Source: Octopus sinensis (lineage: Eukaryota). Taken from it: 64,000 bases of DNA. Shown here one piece after another: positions 21,548-33,322 of the stretch. Under the pieces are notes generated by a model that saw nothing but the letters and a program-made list of their open reading frames with translations, searched no databases and was not told the origin of the DNA. The stretch is taken from NCBI RefSeq assembly GCF_006345805.1, contig NC_043007.1:22816001-22880000 (forward strand). Reading direction: 5' to 3'. The translations under genes and the position numbers were made by a program. Positions within the stretch are counted from its first letter, which is position 1, and the number at the start of each line of letters is the position of its first letter.

Positions 21548-22345
21548 ATGTTGGTGGCCAGAGACGAATTCCAAAGCGGCTGTTGCTGTACTGAATATCA
21601 CCAGGATTCCATACCCTTGGACCTCAGCGCTTCTTCACAAAATAATCAGAATTCCCAGACTTGTGAAATCGTAGTTAGTGATGACGCAAAGTTCACCGTA
21701 GATTGCCATGCCCTTTCGAGGCACAGTGGTTATTTCCGTTGGTTATTTAAAGAATCCTATCCCAACAATCGGTCGCCGATTACCTTAAACAATATTAACC
21801 GGACTGAATTCCAGAGAATCTTAGATTATATTAACACGGGTAGCATTGACCTTGATATGGTAAACATAGAAAATGTTTTACAAACTTGTCAGTACCTTTT
21901 ACTAACACAGCTAACCGGATATTGCGAACAGTTCCTCCTCACCAAATTAGACACACACTGGCTACAGATTTTAGGTTTAACTGGGGAGTTTTGTCTGCTT
22001 CTTGTTGGACCAGCGCTGCTCGATTTCCTAATGAAAAACTTCGAATCTATTAGCAAAGATGTCGACAGGTTTAACCGAATCCCTTTTGAGGTTCTTTTTT
22101 CATTGGCCCAGAGCCCCCAGCTAAAAGTTCCCTCTGAATTCTTTCTTTTCAAACAGATTGTGAAATGGATAAATTATGATTTTGAGGCACGTGCTGATTA
22201 CTTTGACCATTTTATGACGGTGGTACGACTCCCAGTCATGTCGCGAGACGAACTCGAAGAAGTAGCAATGCATTTCAATCCCTGCGTTTATACACCAGCC
22301 CTGCACATGTTGCATTTTTTGCTGAACAACTCTCAACATACATGA
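21548..22345 (+). CDS. BTB/POZ-BACK domain protein (Kelch-like family N-terminal module, no Kelch repeats)
   Basis: 265-aa ORF: BTB (FTVDCHALSRHSGYFRWLF..ITLNNINRTEFQRILDYINTG..NIENVLQTCQYLLLTQLTGYCEQFL) followed by BACK (FNRIPFEVLFSL..LKVPSEFFLFKQIVKWINYD..R..VVRLPVM). Candidate acceptor at 21427-28 upstream, AATAAA at 22646. Confidence 0.88.
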   Translation: MLVARDEFQSGCCCTEYHQDSIPLDLSASSQNNQNSQTCEIVVSDDAKFTVDCHALSRHSGYFRWLFKESYPNNRSPITLNNINRTEFQRILDYINTGSIDLDMVNIENVLQTCQYLLLTQLTGYCEQFLLTKLDTHWLQILGLTGEFCLLLVGPALLDFLMKNFESISKDVDRFNRIPFEVLFSLAQSPQLKVPSEFFLFKQIVKWINYDFEARADYFDHFMTVVRLPVMSRDELEEVAMHFNPCVYTPALHMLHFLLNNSQHT

Positions 22346-22805
22346 CAGAATGGAGAGGGTAAAAAAACAAAAAAAAAATGGCCGAATATATGAGACCGGA
22401 TTGACAGCCATCACAAATTTTGAACTTCGAATTCACAACAAGCATTTCATTATGTCTCTTGCTCAGAGGTCACGTAATTTTGCTTCGCCTCAGCTGACCA
22501 AGTTGTTGATAATCACTGCATTTGATGGCATTAACCCTTAAACGGCAGGAAAGGTTTGCATGAATGTGGATGCCAAGCATGAAAAAAAAAAATTCTTTTG
22601 TGTTTATTTTCACTTAAGAATATAAAAATTGTTGGTCTCTCGCACAATAAAATTTACAATCTATTATCGAGAAGTGCCGTAAAATATTCACTTTCCTTTG
22701 CATCCGGAATGAGCATAAATTGATTTGAGATACCCGCATTGTACGAATGTACATCAGTTGGTGATGTCGCCTGTTCCCTTATGGAACATCAATTGATGAT
22801 GTCCG

Positions 22806-22990
22806 CCGTTTTAAGGATTAAAGACGCATGGGTATATCAGACACACTCTAATTTCAGCAGCGCATATTCAGGAAAAAGAAAAAGAAATGTACATTAAAAC
22901 ATGTAATAGAGGCTCATTTTCCGCTACAAGGTCCACGGTGTTTTCTTTCCTTCTGAAAAAGTGCGTCTTATATGCCCTCAAATACAGTCA
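22806..22990. mobile_element. Degenerate Tigger-like MITE
   Basis: ccgttttaaggattaaagacgca ... tgcgtcttatatgccctcaaatacag; a related fragment lies near 6670-6750. Confidence 0.45.
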
Positions 22991-23844
22991 GCACGGAAAT
23001 CGCTTGAGAATGTTACTTGCTCTCGGCATCATGCTGCTGCTCTGTTTGTGGAGAGATTGACCTTTTGTCCACTTTGTTATGAAACCAGTACAAACTATTG
23101 GTCTTTATTAGGTTTTTGAGACGTTTATCGTTATTTTTACCCCACAGGAAGGCAACCATCTCCTAACAAAACAGATATTTCTCTGTTACCTTAAACAAGT
23201 AATTTATCGGGATTTGTTTTCTTTTTTTTTTTTCTGTTGCCAGAAATAAGTTTCTTTGTCAAATCAACCGTTTTTTTTTCTTTCATTTTCCCCCGAGAAG
23301 ACCTGTTAATTACTATGGTTTCTTGACATAGAGCAAATTATATTTTGCTGTTGTCCATTAATGTTTTGTCTGTCGTCTGAACCACTCTTTAATAATCCAT
23401 CCACGGGCCAATCTTTCGGTAAAAGTCTTTGACATCACGAACGACATTGTGTTTCATCTGCTCGACAGAGCTGAACTGTCACACACACACTTGCACACAC
23501 TCATGACTGACGCCATATATTAATACCGAAACATTGTCCATTCACGTGCATTATTACGGTAAATTTTAAGTCAGGTACTTATTCTATCGATTTCTTTTAA
23601 TTGAATCAAGTTACGTGGACCGTAACCAACCATACATAACACGTTGCCATACAGTGAAAGACAAACACGAAGACAATCTCCATATATATCTTCAAATGTG
23701 TGTGTGTGTGTAAAGAGAGAGAGAGAGAGAGAGAGAGAGAACTTTCGGGTTCAAGTTGTATTTTTTAATTATACTTTTTGTACAGGATCTAAACTTGATG
23801 AAACTGAAATAAAATTTAAAATTAAAAATTTCACCTTTAATACT

Positions 23845-24244
23845 CTGTTTTACTTGTTTCAGTCATTTGACTGTGGCCATACTGGAGCACCACCTTTTAG
23901 TCGAGCAAATCGACCCCCAGGACTTATTCTTTGTAAGCCTAGTACTTATTCTATCGGTCTCTTCCGCCGAATCGCTAAGTTACGTGGACGTAAACACACC
24001 AGCATCGGTTGTCAAGCGATGTTGGAGGGACAAACCCAGACACACAAACATATACACATACATACTTATACTTATATATACGACGGGCTTCTTTCAGTTT
24101 TCGTCTACCAAATCCATTCACAAGGCTTTGGTCGGCCCAAGGCTATAGTAGAAGACACTTGCCCAAGGTGCCATGCAGTGGGACTGAACCTGGAACCATG
24201 TGGCTGGTAAGCAAGCTACTTACCACACAGCCACTCCTACACCT
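23845..24244 (-). mobile_element. SINE family A, full length
   Basis: Matches the family consensus end to end. Confidence 0.93.
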
Positions 24245-24459
24245 AATAGGAGAAATTCTAACGAAAAAAAACCCTAAAAGTCTGGATCCGATTCAAAAAC
24301 AAATAAATTTTTATATTTTATATAGAATTTCGATAAATGATCGACAAATTTCAATTTCTTCTTAATTCTTTTCCCTTTTTTTCGTCTTAATTACAGTTTA
24401 CAGACAAATTTATGTTTAACAATGAGAAATCTCAAGTTTAATTTTTGTCTTTTAACGAA

Positions 24460-24850
24460 AACACAAGCATGTTGTATTCTAGCTACACCAATGCTAGAAC
24501 GGGACGTCACTGCATAGTGCCAAAGATCCCAGCAATGCCATCACGCTTCAGGACAAGCTTCTGCAACAGCCTGGGTTTCAAGGGCCTAAAGCTTTTTAAT
24601 ATTCTCCCAAAGAGTCTGAGGAACTTGCACAAAGTAGATGTAGCGGTTTTTAAATCAAAGCTGGACATCTTCCTGTCAAGAGTCCCAGATGAACCTACCT
24701 CACGGCAAGAGGTGCAAATGAGAGTAGCTGTATCAAACTCCATTCTTCACCAAGTGCCACATATTAGACGAGGTTCGTCGTAATAACAGTGTAGCACAAA
24801 ACGGCGGTGCATCAGCATGGCCGCAGCTCTGAGCTGAAACTAGAAAAAAA
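24460..24850 (+). pseudogene. CR1-group LINE 3' end (ORF2 tail plus 3' UTR)
   Basis: RTGRHCIVP..TSFCNSLGFKGLKLFNILPKSLRNL..FKSKLDIFLSRVPDEP..NSILHQ; 3' UTR ends in a SINE-A-like tail and an A-run. Confidence 0.85.
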
Positions 24851-24963
24851 AAATATTGAATAAGAATTGTTAAAAACATTTGTTCCCAACTCCACAACGT
24901 TTTAACTAAACTTGCTCTCCCTTATTTTGGTTGTTTAACAAATAGATTACAACAGCTATAAGT

Positions 24964-25318
<355 letters not shown>

Positions 25319-25361
25319 ATTATTATTATTAATAATTAATTAATTAATTAATTAATTAATT

Positions 25362-25565
25362 AAGGCGGCGAAATGGCAGAATCGTTAGCACGCCAAGTGA
25401 AATGCTCAGCGATATTTCGCTCGTCGCTACGTTCTGAGTTCAAATTCCGCCGAGGTCGACTTTGTCTTTTATCCATTCGGGGTCGATTAAATAAGTACCA
25501 GTTGAGTACTGGGGTCAGTGTAATCGACTTAACCCCCCCCCCCCCCAATTTGATCTTTGTGCCTA
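25362..25565 (+). mobile_element. SINE family B
   Basis: aaggcggcgaaatggcagaatcgttag head after (TTAA)n. Confidence 0.88.
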
Positions 25566-25679
25566 TAGTATAAAGGATTATTATCATTATTCATCGGCAG
25601 AAATTACAGACCTACTCCAGGATTTAGTTTTGCGCATTGGCTCTCATCAAACTTGTCGATTAATAATCTTTTCTGTTAC

Positions 25680-25830
25680 AGGCACAAGGCCTGACACTTT
25701 GGGGGAGGGGACTAGTTGCTTACATCGACCCCAGAATTTCATTGGTACTTAATTTATCGACTTTCGAAAGGATGAAAGGTAAAGTCGACCTCGGCGGAAT
25801 TTGAACTCAGAACGTAGCGACTGACGAAGC
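25680..25830 (-). mobile_element. SINE family B, 5'-truncated
   Basis: ggatgaaaggtaaagtcgacctcggcggaatttgaactcagaacg. Confidence 0.85.
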
Positions 25831-25859
25831 ACGCTCGCGCACACACAAAATCTCTCCAT

Positions 25860-26440
25860 TTAACCCGTGCTCTTATTTCATCCCTTACTCTTTCCTTTTT
25901 TCTCTCTTTCCTTTCTTTCTCTCTTTACTTCCAACTCTCAATATCTTCTCTTCTCCTCTTTCTCCTTTCCCTACTCATATTCACTTTCTCTTTCTCTACC
26001 CCCCCACCTCTCTTTTGTTCTCTTTGCTTCCTTTCCCATGCATCTCGTTCTCTTCATCTCTGCATCCCCTCTCTCACCCGCCCCTCCCTTTCGTTGCCTT
26101 CATCTCTTTCTCTCTCTCTCTCTCTTTCGCTCACTCACTCACTCACTCACTCTCAATGTCTTTTCCTCTCTTTCTCACCATCTGCATCCCTCTCCTTCTC
26201 TCGCTCCCTCCCCTTCTTCTTCTCAGCTCTTCTAATCTCTACCCTCCCACCAATCTCCATTCCGTTCACTCCCTCTTCAATCCACTCTCTAATATTTTCC
26301 ACTCGAATTGCTTTCCTATTAAAACATTGATTCTGTTGTGGTTCCGTTGCTTCTTCAGTATCATTTATCTACCTCGTTCATTCTAATATCTATTGTTAAA
26401 ACACTACGTCTACTCTCCTCCTCTTCTCCTCCTACTACTA
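25860..26440. repeat. CT-rich polypyrimidine low-complexity tract
   Basis: Strong strand-biased C/T composition. Confidence 0.85.
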
Positions 26441-26582
26441 TTTCAAAGAAATCGCTGACGTCACGGTAGCTTTACTTAAACGTTGGATATGAAATAAGAT
26501 TTATCTCAAAGATTTGCTTCTCTAAGTAGAGCCCACGTCTTCAAGGTTACAAAATATGTCTATGCATACGTAAATGAACAAA

Positions 26583-26983
26583 TCTCTCTCTATATAAAGC
26601 TGAAGTTGTCTGTGTATGGCAGGTTTGGTAGCCTTCAACTAACACTATCTCCTCCGAGAACCTGCGGCACAAGTTGACCAAAATTGAGAGTATGATAGAA
26701 GAAAGCTTATTCTTCCTTCCGTAGAAGAAAAAATTCAAATCGGACCATGTTAAGACCAAAAATTATTTACATAAAAAAGGTGCTTTTTTTCTATAAAAAT
26801 CCCTTTTTTTTTTTACGATTTTTTGACTGCTGTGTCACCATTTTTCGGTGTATTTCAACCAGAAAAATGTTCACTTAAAGAGAATAACAAGCTACATAAT
26901 GCAAAATTTTTACTATTCAAAAATTCCAATTCTAAAGGGTCGAAAAGAAAACAAGTCCGAGCAACGCTGGGCGATACTGCTAG
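26583..26983 (+). mobile_element. Non-autonomous Helitron family N2
   Basis: A|TC start, CTAG|T end, colinear with 15631-16030. Confidence 0.9.
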
Positions 26984-26984
26984 T

Positions 26985-27017
<33 letters not shown>

Positions 27018-27651
27018 GTGAATAAAGAGAACAAATTATGGTAAATTTTTTACTATAGTACCTGTCACGTAAAACGAGTCTCTCGTGGGATAGGTGTAAT
27101 AGTAAATATTCACCAAAAAAGGGTACCGAATTGGGGCAGGGGACAAAATTCTTCTTTCATAGAAGGAAACAACCTCTCAGTTCCTTGCTCCGTTTATCCA
27201 CCATAAGGTAGTGAGTGATGACTATTCCGAAAATTACTTCAGGTTATCTCTACAAATTATTCTATATAAATTGTAGCCAGGACTGATATTTGTTACGCTT
27301 CTCGAATACAAAACTTCGTGACAAAAATCAGTGCTAGCTATAATTTCTAAACAAGTGTGGAGATAACCGTAACAAGTGATGTAAATCGCACTGTTAACAC
27401 AGTAGAACACGACGTTGACTTATAAAAGCGTTTAATATACTTCGTAGTATATTATAATTGCATTGTAATTATGTATACGGCAACGTCCTTTATTATTATT
27501 GTATATATAACATAATGCAAACGTGTAGCCTTTTTGTGCATTTTGTTTGCAGAAAGTAAAGAATTAACAGCAATAATGTTTAATAAATGTTGCTTATTGC
27601 AAGTTATGGATGATTCTCTTATGACTTCATTGCTTTCAGGCTTAGCTTAAG

Positions 27652-27829
27652 GTATTTTCACACCCGTCATCACAAAATGCGTCTGAATAAACATTGCCGG
27701 ACAGCAAATAGAGACTCGGACATTGCTTAGAAAATCATTTTCATTTTTAACCTCGTATATAGTACGCACTAGGGATTTTGACTTTTAAATTTTGCGGGGA
27801 AGATGCGGATTATACTCGAGGATTTACGG
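27652..27829. mobile_element. Truncated copy of the 16266 MITE
   Basis: Same interior and right TIR gcggattatactcgaggatttacgg|ta; left TIR absent. Confidence 0.85.
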
Positions 27830-29400
27830 TACTCTGGAGAAACCGGTAAAACGGTACTATAATCTTTACGGATTAATGTAGCCTAACCATCCTTCTAAGA
27901 TTGATAGATGCCAGTCAAATTCAGACTGAAGTCAATGAACGTATTCAACAGCTGGTATTATCATTTAAGGCAAGACTAATACCTCAGATTTCAGATAGCA
28001 AAATCTCAGAAAAATAGCAAATGATATGCCCCGGGGCGTTATTAGACTGTGCAAAACAGCAAATATTTAACTAAAATGTGGATATTATCCTTGTGTAGTT
28101 GGACGTTGTTGTAATCTCAACCATTTCTAGTGTTTTTTTTTTTTTTGCGTTTTTCTCAAAATGACATTTCTGATTATGAGGAGCAATCTTCAGGTCACGA
28201 TGTCTCCGAGAATAATTGATGTAATAGGCTGAAATTGTGCATGTGTATTACTTTGATACTTGTCTAGATGCTGTTCTCATGTGATTAGACACACTTCATT
28301 TGTTCATCTTCCAGAGACACTTGAATGCTACTACCCAGGGGTCAAAAACGCTTGAACTGCTGTTAATGGCTATGAGCGACCCCACAACGAAATCTAGGCC
28401 AACTTCATCAATGTCTTTGATTCAGCGTCTAGTATGTACCCCAATCTGTTGGTATTCCAAGTTAGAGCATATTACCTTTGATAGTTTGGTAGAAAAATTG
28501 ACCTAAAATAAGGGTGTGTTTGCCTTGTCAGTCATTTTGAATTTATAATTAGGTCATGACTAGATAATGTGGAAATTTGAATATTATGTTTTTTGATAGA
28601 ACTAAAATTGTTCTTGATGTATGCCATATTTGGTATGCCTGTGTTTTATTCCCGCTGAGTGAGATCATCTTCAATTTAGGAGTGTTTTCCTACTTCTGAG
28701 GTGCTGGTCTTGCCTCAAACTGAAAAAGGCTGCGAGTTGACAGAGTTGATACCAAACCCAGTGGCGGACGTAGGGGTGTTGCCCTACTCTCCCGGGCAAC
28801 ACCCTTTTCTAGCCGATTCGATACCAAAAATATCGGGACCACGGTCTATTTCCAGCAATTTCACAGCATTACCGTTTCATATACATACGGTCTGCTACAA
28901 CAAAGTTAGAGTACATAAAAATGTGTCCATTTGTTAAGAATTGCGCTTCCCATCTTACATCTTTCGTAACGTAGATAGGTCACACCCTTAGTTTGGGGTT
29001 GTCGAAGTACGTATTTGCAGTTGACACGCAGATAGGTCGCACCATAATCTGGGGAGTTACATGGCCCCTTTTTTTTAAACGTAAATATAATTAATATCTG
29101 AATCGATGTTGTGCAAAAGGCCAATACGCAAACTTCCGGTTTCCGCTTTCTAGTAAACAGTCATCAGAAAAATATTTTTATAACAACTTGGAAACATTAA
29201 AAACCCAGGACCAGAATACGCACCTGGGACTACTCATACGCCGCCGTCTACTTCAGATCCTTATGCTGTCGCGTGGATAAGTCAAGTTCCTGATTTTTAT
29301 CGAAATTTTGGAGAATTAAAATGCGACATATCCGCGAATATATACGGTTCACGAACGGAAGTATTTATTCCTAAATACGTCGAACAATTCTTATACTTGA

Positions 29401-29792
29401 CTTGCAGTATCGCCCGGCGTTGCTCGGGTTTGTAAGGGAAATAACTATATAAGCATTTTTAGAGATGTAAAGTATAATAGCCATCTCAATATGGCTAACC
29501 ACAAGGGGGGGGTGTTACTGTAGCTTTTTACGTTCTGAGATTTAATAATACATTTTTAGAGAGTTACTTCCCTTATATATGCCAAAAATGCATTAAAAAT
29601 GGGAAAAATTGATGGTAAATTTTTTTTAAATCGTAGACTCATCGTAGACGCGCGCTAATACCCAGAAGGGCTCGATATGAATCACGACTATAAGATACCC
29701 GGTTTTGGTTAAACTGCACCGCAAAATGTGGGAGTAGTTATGAATCTAAATCGTAGGAGACAGACACACAACTTCACTTTTATATATAAAGA
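29401..29792 (-). mobile_element. Non-autonomous Helitron family N1
   Basis: 5' TC at 29792-91; 3' end ccgagcaacgccgggcgatactgc-CAAG (mutated CTAG). Confidence 0.88.
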
Positions 29793-30197
29793 TTTTAACC
29801 GAAAAATACTGAGTTGGCGGAGCAATTTATACACGGGGCAAAGCTAAAACTCTGAAAGGAAAAAAAAAATTGTACCAAGATTTAGCACTAATTTAGTGGT
29901 GTGAATTGTACATGATTTAAAACGGTTTATTTCTACAACCAAACAGGTATTTTGTAGTAACGTTTCACTGTTCATGCACGTCTGTGATATTTATTTATCC
30001 TTCTCATTATGCATTACTAATTACGTATTTCTATACGTAATAACTAATTTTATTTAGTTTCAATTATTTTCACACTGATGACAACAACCTGATGCAGACT
30101 CAGTCAGTGATTGATCGATGAAAATTCTGCACTTAGACTGACATATTTGAAGATAACCCTGCTTGAACATCAATCAAACGTCTCTGATTGCTTAGTA

Positions 30198-30265
30198 CAG
30201 TGACTGTCAGCCTGTGGTCCGCGGAACCCTGGTGGTTCGCGAAGGTAGTACTGGGATCCGTGAAC
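30198..30265 (+). mobile_element. hAT/Charlie-like MITE left end
   Basis: CAGTGACTGTCAGCCTGTGGTCCGCGGAACCC resembles CAGTGGTTCTCAACCTGTGGTCCGCGG-type termini. Confidence 0.45.
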
Positions 30266-30316
30266 TATTTAAATTCAAAATTTCACACACACACACCACA
30301 CACACACACACACACA

Positions 30317-30351
<35 letters not shown>

Positions 30352-30449
30352 GATGTATTTATATATAGATGTATATATATATTTATATATATAATTTCAG
30401 TAAAACTATTAAGATTCAAGTGAGTTCATATATATATATATATATATAT

Positions 30450-31229
30450 ATGGACTTTGAGAGACATCCTGCACCCCATTTTGCCGTAGTTCTTTACCAG
30501 GGTGTCAACAAGCTCCACATTGTTTTCGGCCTCGTGATGCCCCAGGAAGTCTCGGACCACTGAGACAAAGCTGTCCCGCGCTGCTTTCTCCATCCTAGTG
30601 AGCTTCTTTGGGAATTCTTTACACTCTGTGATCTTCTTTATTTGTCGTCTGACGAAGACATCGGCTTTGACTTTTGCCTCGGACAGTTAGGAGAGAAGTT
30701 TTGAAGGTACTCGAAGATTGCAGACTTATTATCTAGAGCCGTTACAAACTGTTTCATAAGGCCCAATTTTATTTGCAGTAGAGAAACAATATTTTCCGGG
30801 GGGCCCAACAGTGGCTCCCGTTTGACGTTGTTTCTCCCCACACTGAATTCGTTCCATTGTGGCCAGTTTCGCCTGTGGTAGTGTGCCGCAGTGTCCTCGC
30901 TGTCCCAAAGGGAAAGATAACACGGAAACTTGGTAAAGCCGCCTTGAAAACCCATCAGGAAAACCACCATTTTTTGAAGTCTCCGATAACTTCCCAAACG
31001 TTTTTTTTTTCATATTTCATGGCGTCTAGCAAGATCTTGACGTTGCTGTATTCCTCTTTGAGCTAAACCGAGTGAGCCAGAGATGGATACATGTTCCCAT
31101 TATGAAGCAGCATGGCACCGAGGCTCCTGGATGAGCCGCCAGAGAGTACTTTTTCGCTCTTGACTTGATGAATTCCCCATAAACATAGCAAAGTGCATCT
31201 GCCGGATGCTTACAACCACTTGATGCCAT
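30450..31229 (-). pseudogene. DNA transposase remnant, probably Chapaev/CMC (RAG1/Transib-related)
   Basis: MASSGCKHPADALCYV; EVIGDFK.MVVFLMGFQGGFTKFPCYLSLWDS; QIKLGLMKQFVTALD; LSEAKVKA.VFV..QIKK; GCRMSLKVH. Multiple frameshifts and an internal deletion. Superfamily assignment is from memory of motifs. Confidence 0.7.
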
Positions 31230-31584
31230 CTGTGAGGAATGCAGCTATCAACGACGACTTGTCTCCACTTAGACTGCCAGAAGTAAGTTGAACTGTTGGG
31301 TTTACAATCCCTGCATTTATACTGCCATCTATGTTGCCAGATCGTTCTAGACATTCTTAAAACTTTTAGAAACTTCTCGAAAGTTCTTGAAATTCCCTAG
31401 AAAGATCTAGAAAATTCTGCTTCAGCAACTCAGCGCTGAATCTGTCTGAAATGTAATGGAAAACAGGCCAGTTTCAAAAGACTGATGTCCAGGTCACAAA
31501 AGCAAAGTTTGAAAGGAATAGCAGATATTTCCTTTGATTTCTAGACAGAAGCAAATAGGAAATAATACCTACTGACCAAAGACA

Positions 31585-31645
31585 AAATAAATAAATAAAT
31601 AAATAAGTAAATAAATAAATAAATTAGTAAATAAATAAATAAATA
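31585..31645. repeat. (AAAT)n microsatellite
   Basis: Direct reading. Confidence 0.95.
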
Positions 31646-32221
31646 AGCAGATAGAATGAAATACAAATTTTGTTACACAGTTTCATATATCTACTTGACT
31701 AGGGCTGATCCGGAACTAAACAGTAATGGTGGTAAAGACCATGGGTTCTAATTTAGGCACTTGACAAGCAGTTTTAAGTGGAGAGGTGAATAGACACCAT
31801 CGAATCCAGTACTTGACAGGTACTTTATTTTACCAATTGCGGTGGGATGAAAGTTGACCTCGGCGGCATTAGAAGTCAGAATGTAAAAACCCATAACTAA
31901 AAAAAAACGCAATGCATTCCTCCTCGACGCTCTAACGACTCTGCAAAGAGACAGCAACAATGGTATTATCTACAAGTGAAGACACGTAGCTTAATGGTTT
32001 GGGGTAGCCTAAACTGTTGTTTTCATTTACATATTTTTAATCTGGTGGTAGTTATTTTATTGGTCTTCCAAACCCCATGTGAATTACATCGGGTTATCTG
32101 TGAGCGATTTCAAAACACGTTATGCAAATCATTTATATTCTTTCCGACACATCGACAAAGTTGGCTAGCTACGTATGGAGTTTGAAGAGCAAACTCCACC
32201 CCACGTTTAATCGACCTGTTA

Positions 32222-32484
32222 GTGATCACTAGTTTCATTTTCCCACACGGCCTTACACTCAACACGGAGTCCTATATCAAGTACCTGGAGGAGGTAGTGC
32301 TGGGTCAAGAGGGTGCAGTTGAGCGAGAGATCAACAAAACTCCTTGTAACACCAAAGATGAACTGAAGGCAAGGATTACGGCTGCATTCATCAACTTAAA
32401 CAAAGGGATCGTCCAGAAGCGTTGAGGGAGATTCTGAAGTCGTCTAGAGACCGTGGTTGAAGCCAATGGCGATTTTATTGAATA
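32222..32484 (+). pseudogene. Tc1/mariner-superfamily transposase remnant, internally deleted
   Basis: FIFPHGLTLNTESYIKYLEEVV..GAVEREINKTPCNTKDELKARITAAF..RLE.VVEANGDFIE*. Confidence 0.8.
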
Positions 32485-32594
32485 AATATACTGTTTAGTA
32501 TTTCAAGATATTTTAGTATACTGTTTAGTATTTCAAGATGTCGGAGTTATTTTCATTTTTACGTAATTTACACGACAGTATAATAACCGCACCC

Positions 32595-32595
<1 letters not shown>

Positions 32596-32626
<31 letters not shown>

Positions 32627-32677
32627 TGTATGTATGTATGTATGTATGTATGTATGTATGTATGTATGTATGTATGC
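32596..32677. repeat. (TATG)n microsatellite
   Basis: Direct reading. Confidence 0.97.
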
Positions 32678-33021
32678 CAGACTGACAGACCATGCCTGTT
32701 TTTTGCTGGCCTCAAATCTCATCTGCGAACGCATGGAAAACGAACCTCTACCAACTATTCTGCCTATATGTCTGTGCACACCTTTGAATGCAGTGTATGC
32801 CAGAAGGTTTGCAAATCCAACGGAGGCCTCAAAAGACATTTTAAGATCCACAAAGAGCAGAACTTATCTGCAGCTCTTGGTAGTCCAAATCAGATATGCA
32901 ATCTATGTGGGTGTCTTTTCAAAACATTGTCTGGTTTAAAAAGCCGCATCAGATGCCATGATGGTTCTAAGGTGTAGGTATAGAGGGTGTTCAAGCTCTG
33001 CAAAAGGAGTAGACAACCACC

Positions 33022-33025
<4 letters not shown>
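32678..33025 (+). pseudogene. C2H2 zinc-finger array, probably the 3' end of an RTE-type LINE
   Basis: [10 protein letters not shown]; [21 protein letters not shown]; [21 protein letters not shown]; stop at 32975-77, short 3' UTR, then (TA)n. Lacks TGEKP linkers. Confidence 0.7.
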
Positions 33026-33092
<67 letters not shown>

Positions 33093-33109
33093 TTATGAGT
33101 GTGTCTTTG

Positions 33110-33322
33110 TGTCTGTATTTGTCCCTATCCACCCCACAATCGCTTGACAACCGGTGTTGGTGTGTTTATGTCCCCGTAACTTGGTGGTTCGGCAAGGAAG
33201 ACTGATAGAATAAGTACTAGGCTTACAAAGAATAAGTCCTGGGATCGATTTGCTCGACTAAAGGCGGTGCTTCAGCATGGCCACAGTCAAATGGACTGAA
33301 ACAAGTAAAAGAGTAAAAGAGA
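33110..33322 (+). mobile_element. SINE family A, 3' half
   Basis: cgcttgacaaccggtgttgg..gaaacaagtaaaagagtaaaagag. Confidence 0.9.

Noticed and set aside
23644-24365. Recurrent ORFs such as FQSFDCGHAGAPP..GLILCKPSTYSIG
   Set aside because: Translations of SINE family A; they recur with frameshifts in every copy.
28300-28506. GPCR TM7-like peptide NSSSSVFDPWVVAF on -
   Set aside because: Short, bounded by stops, and no other TM segments nearby; likely chance.
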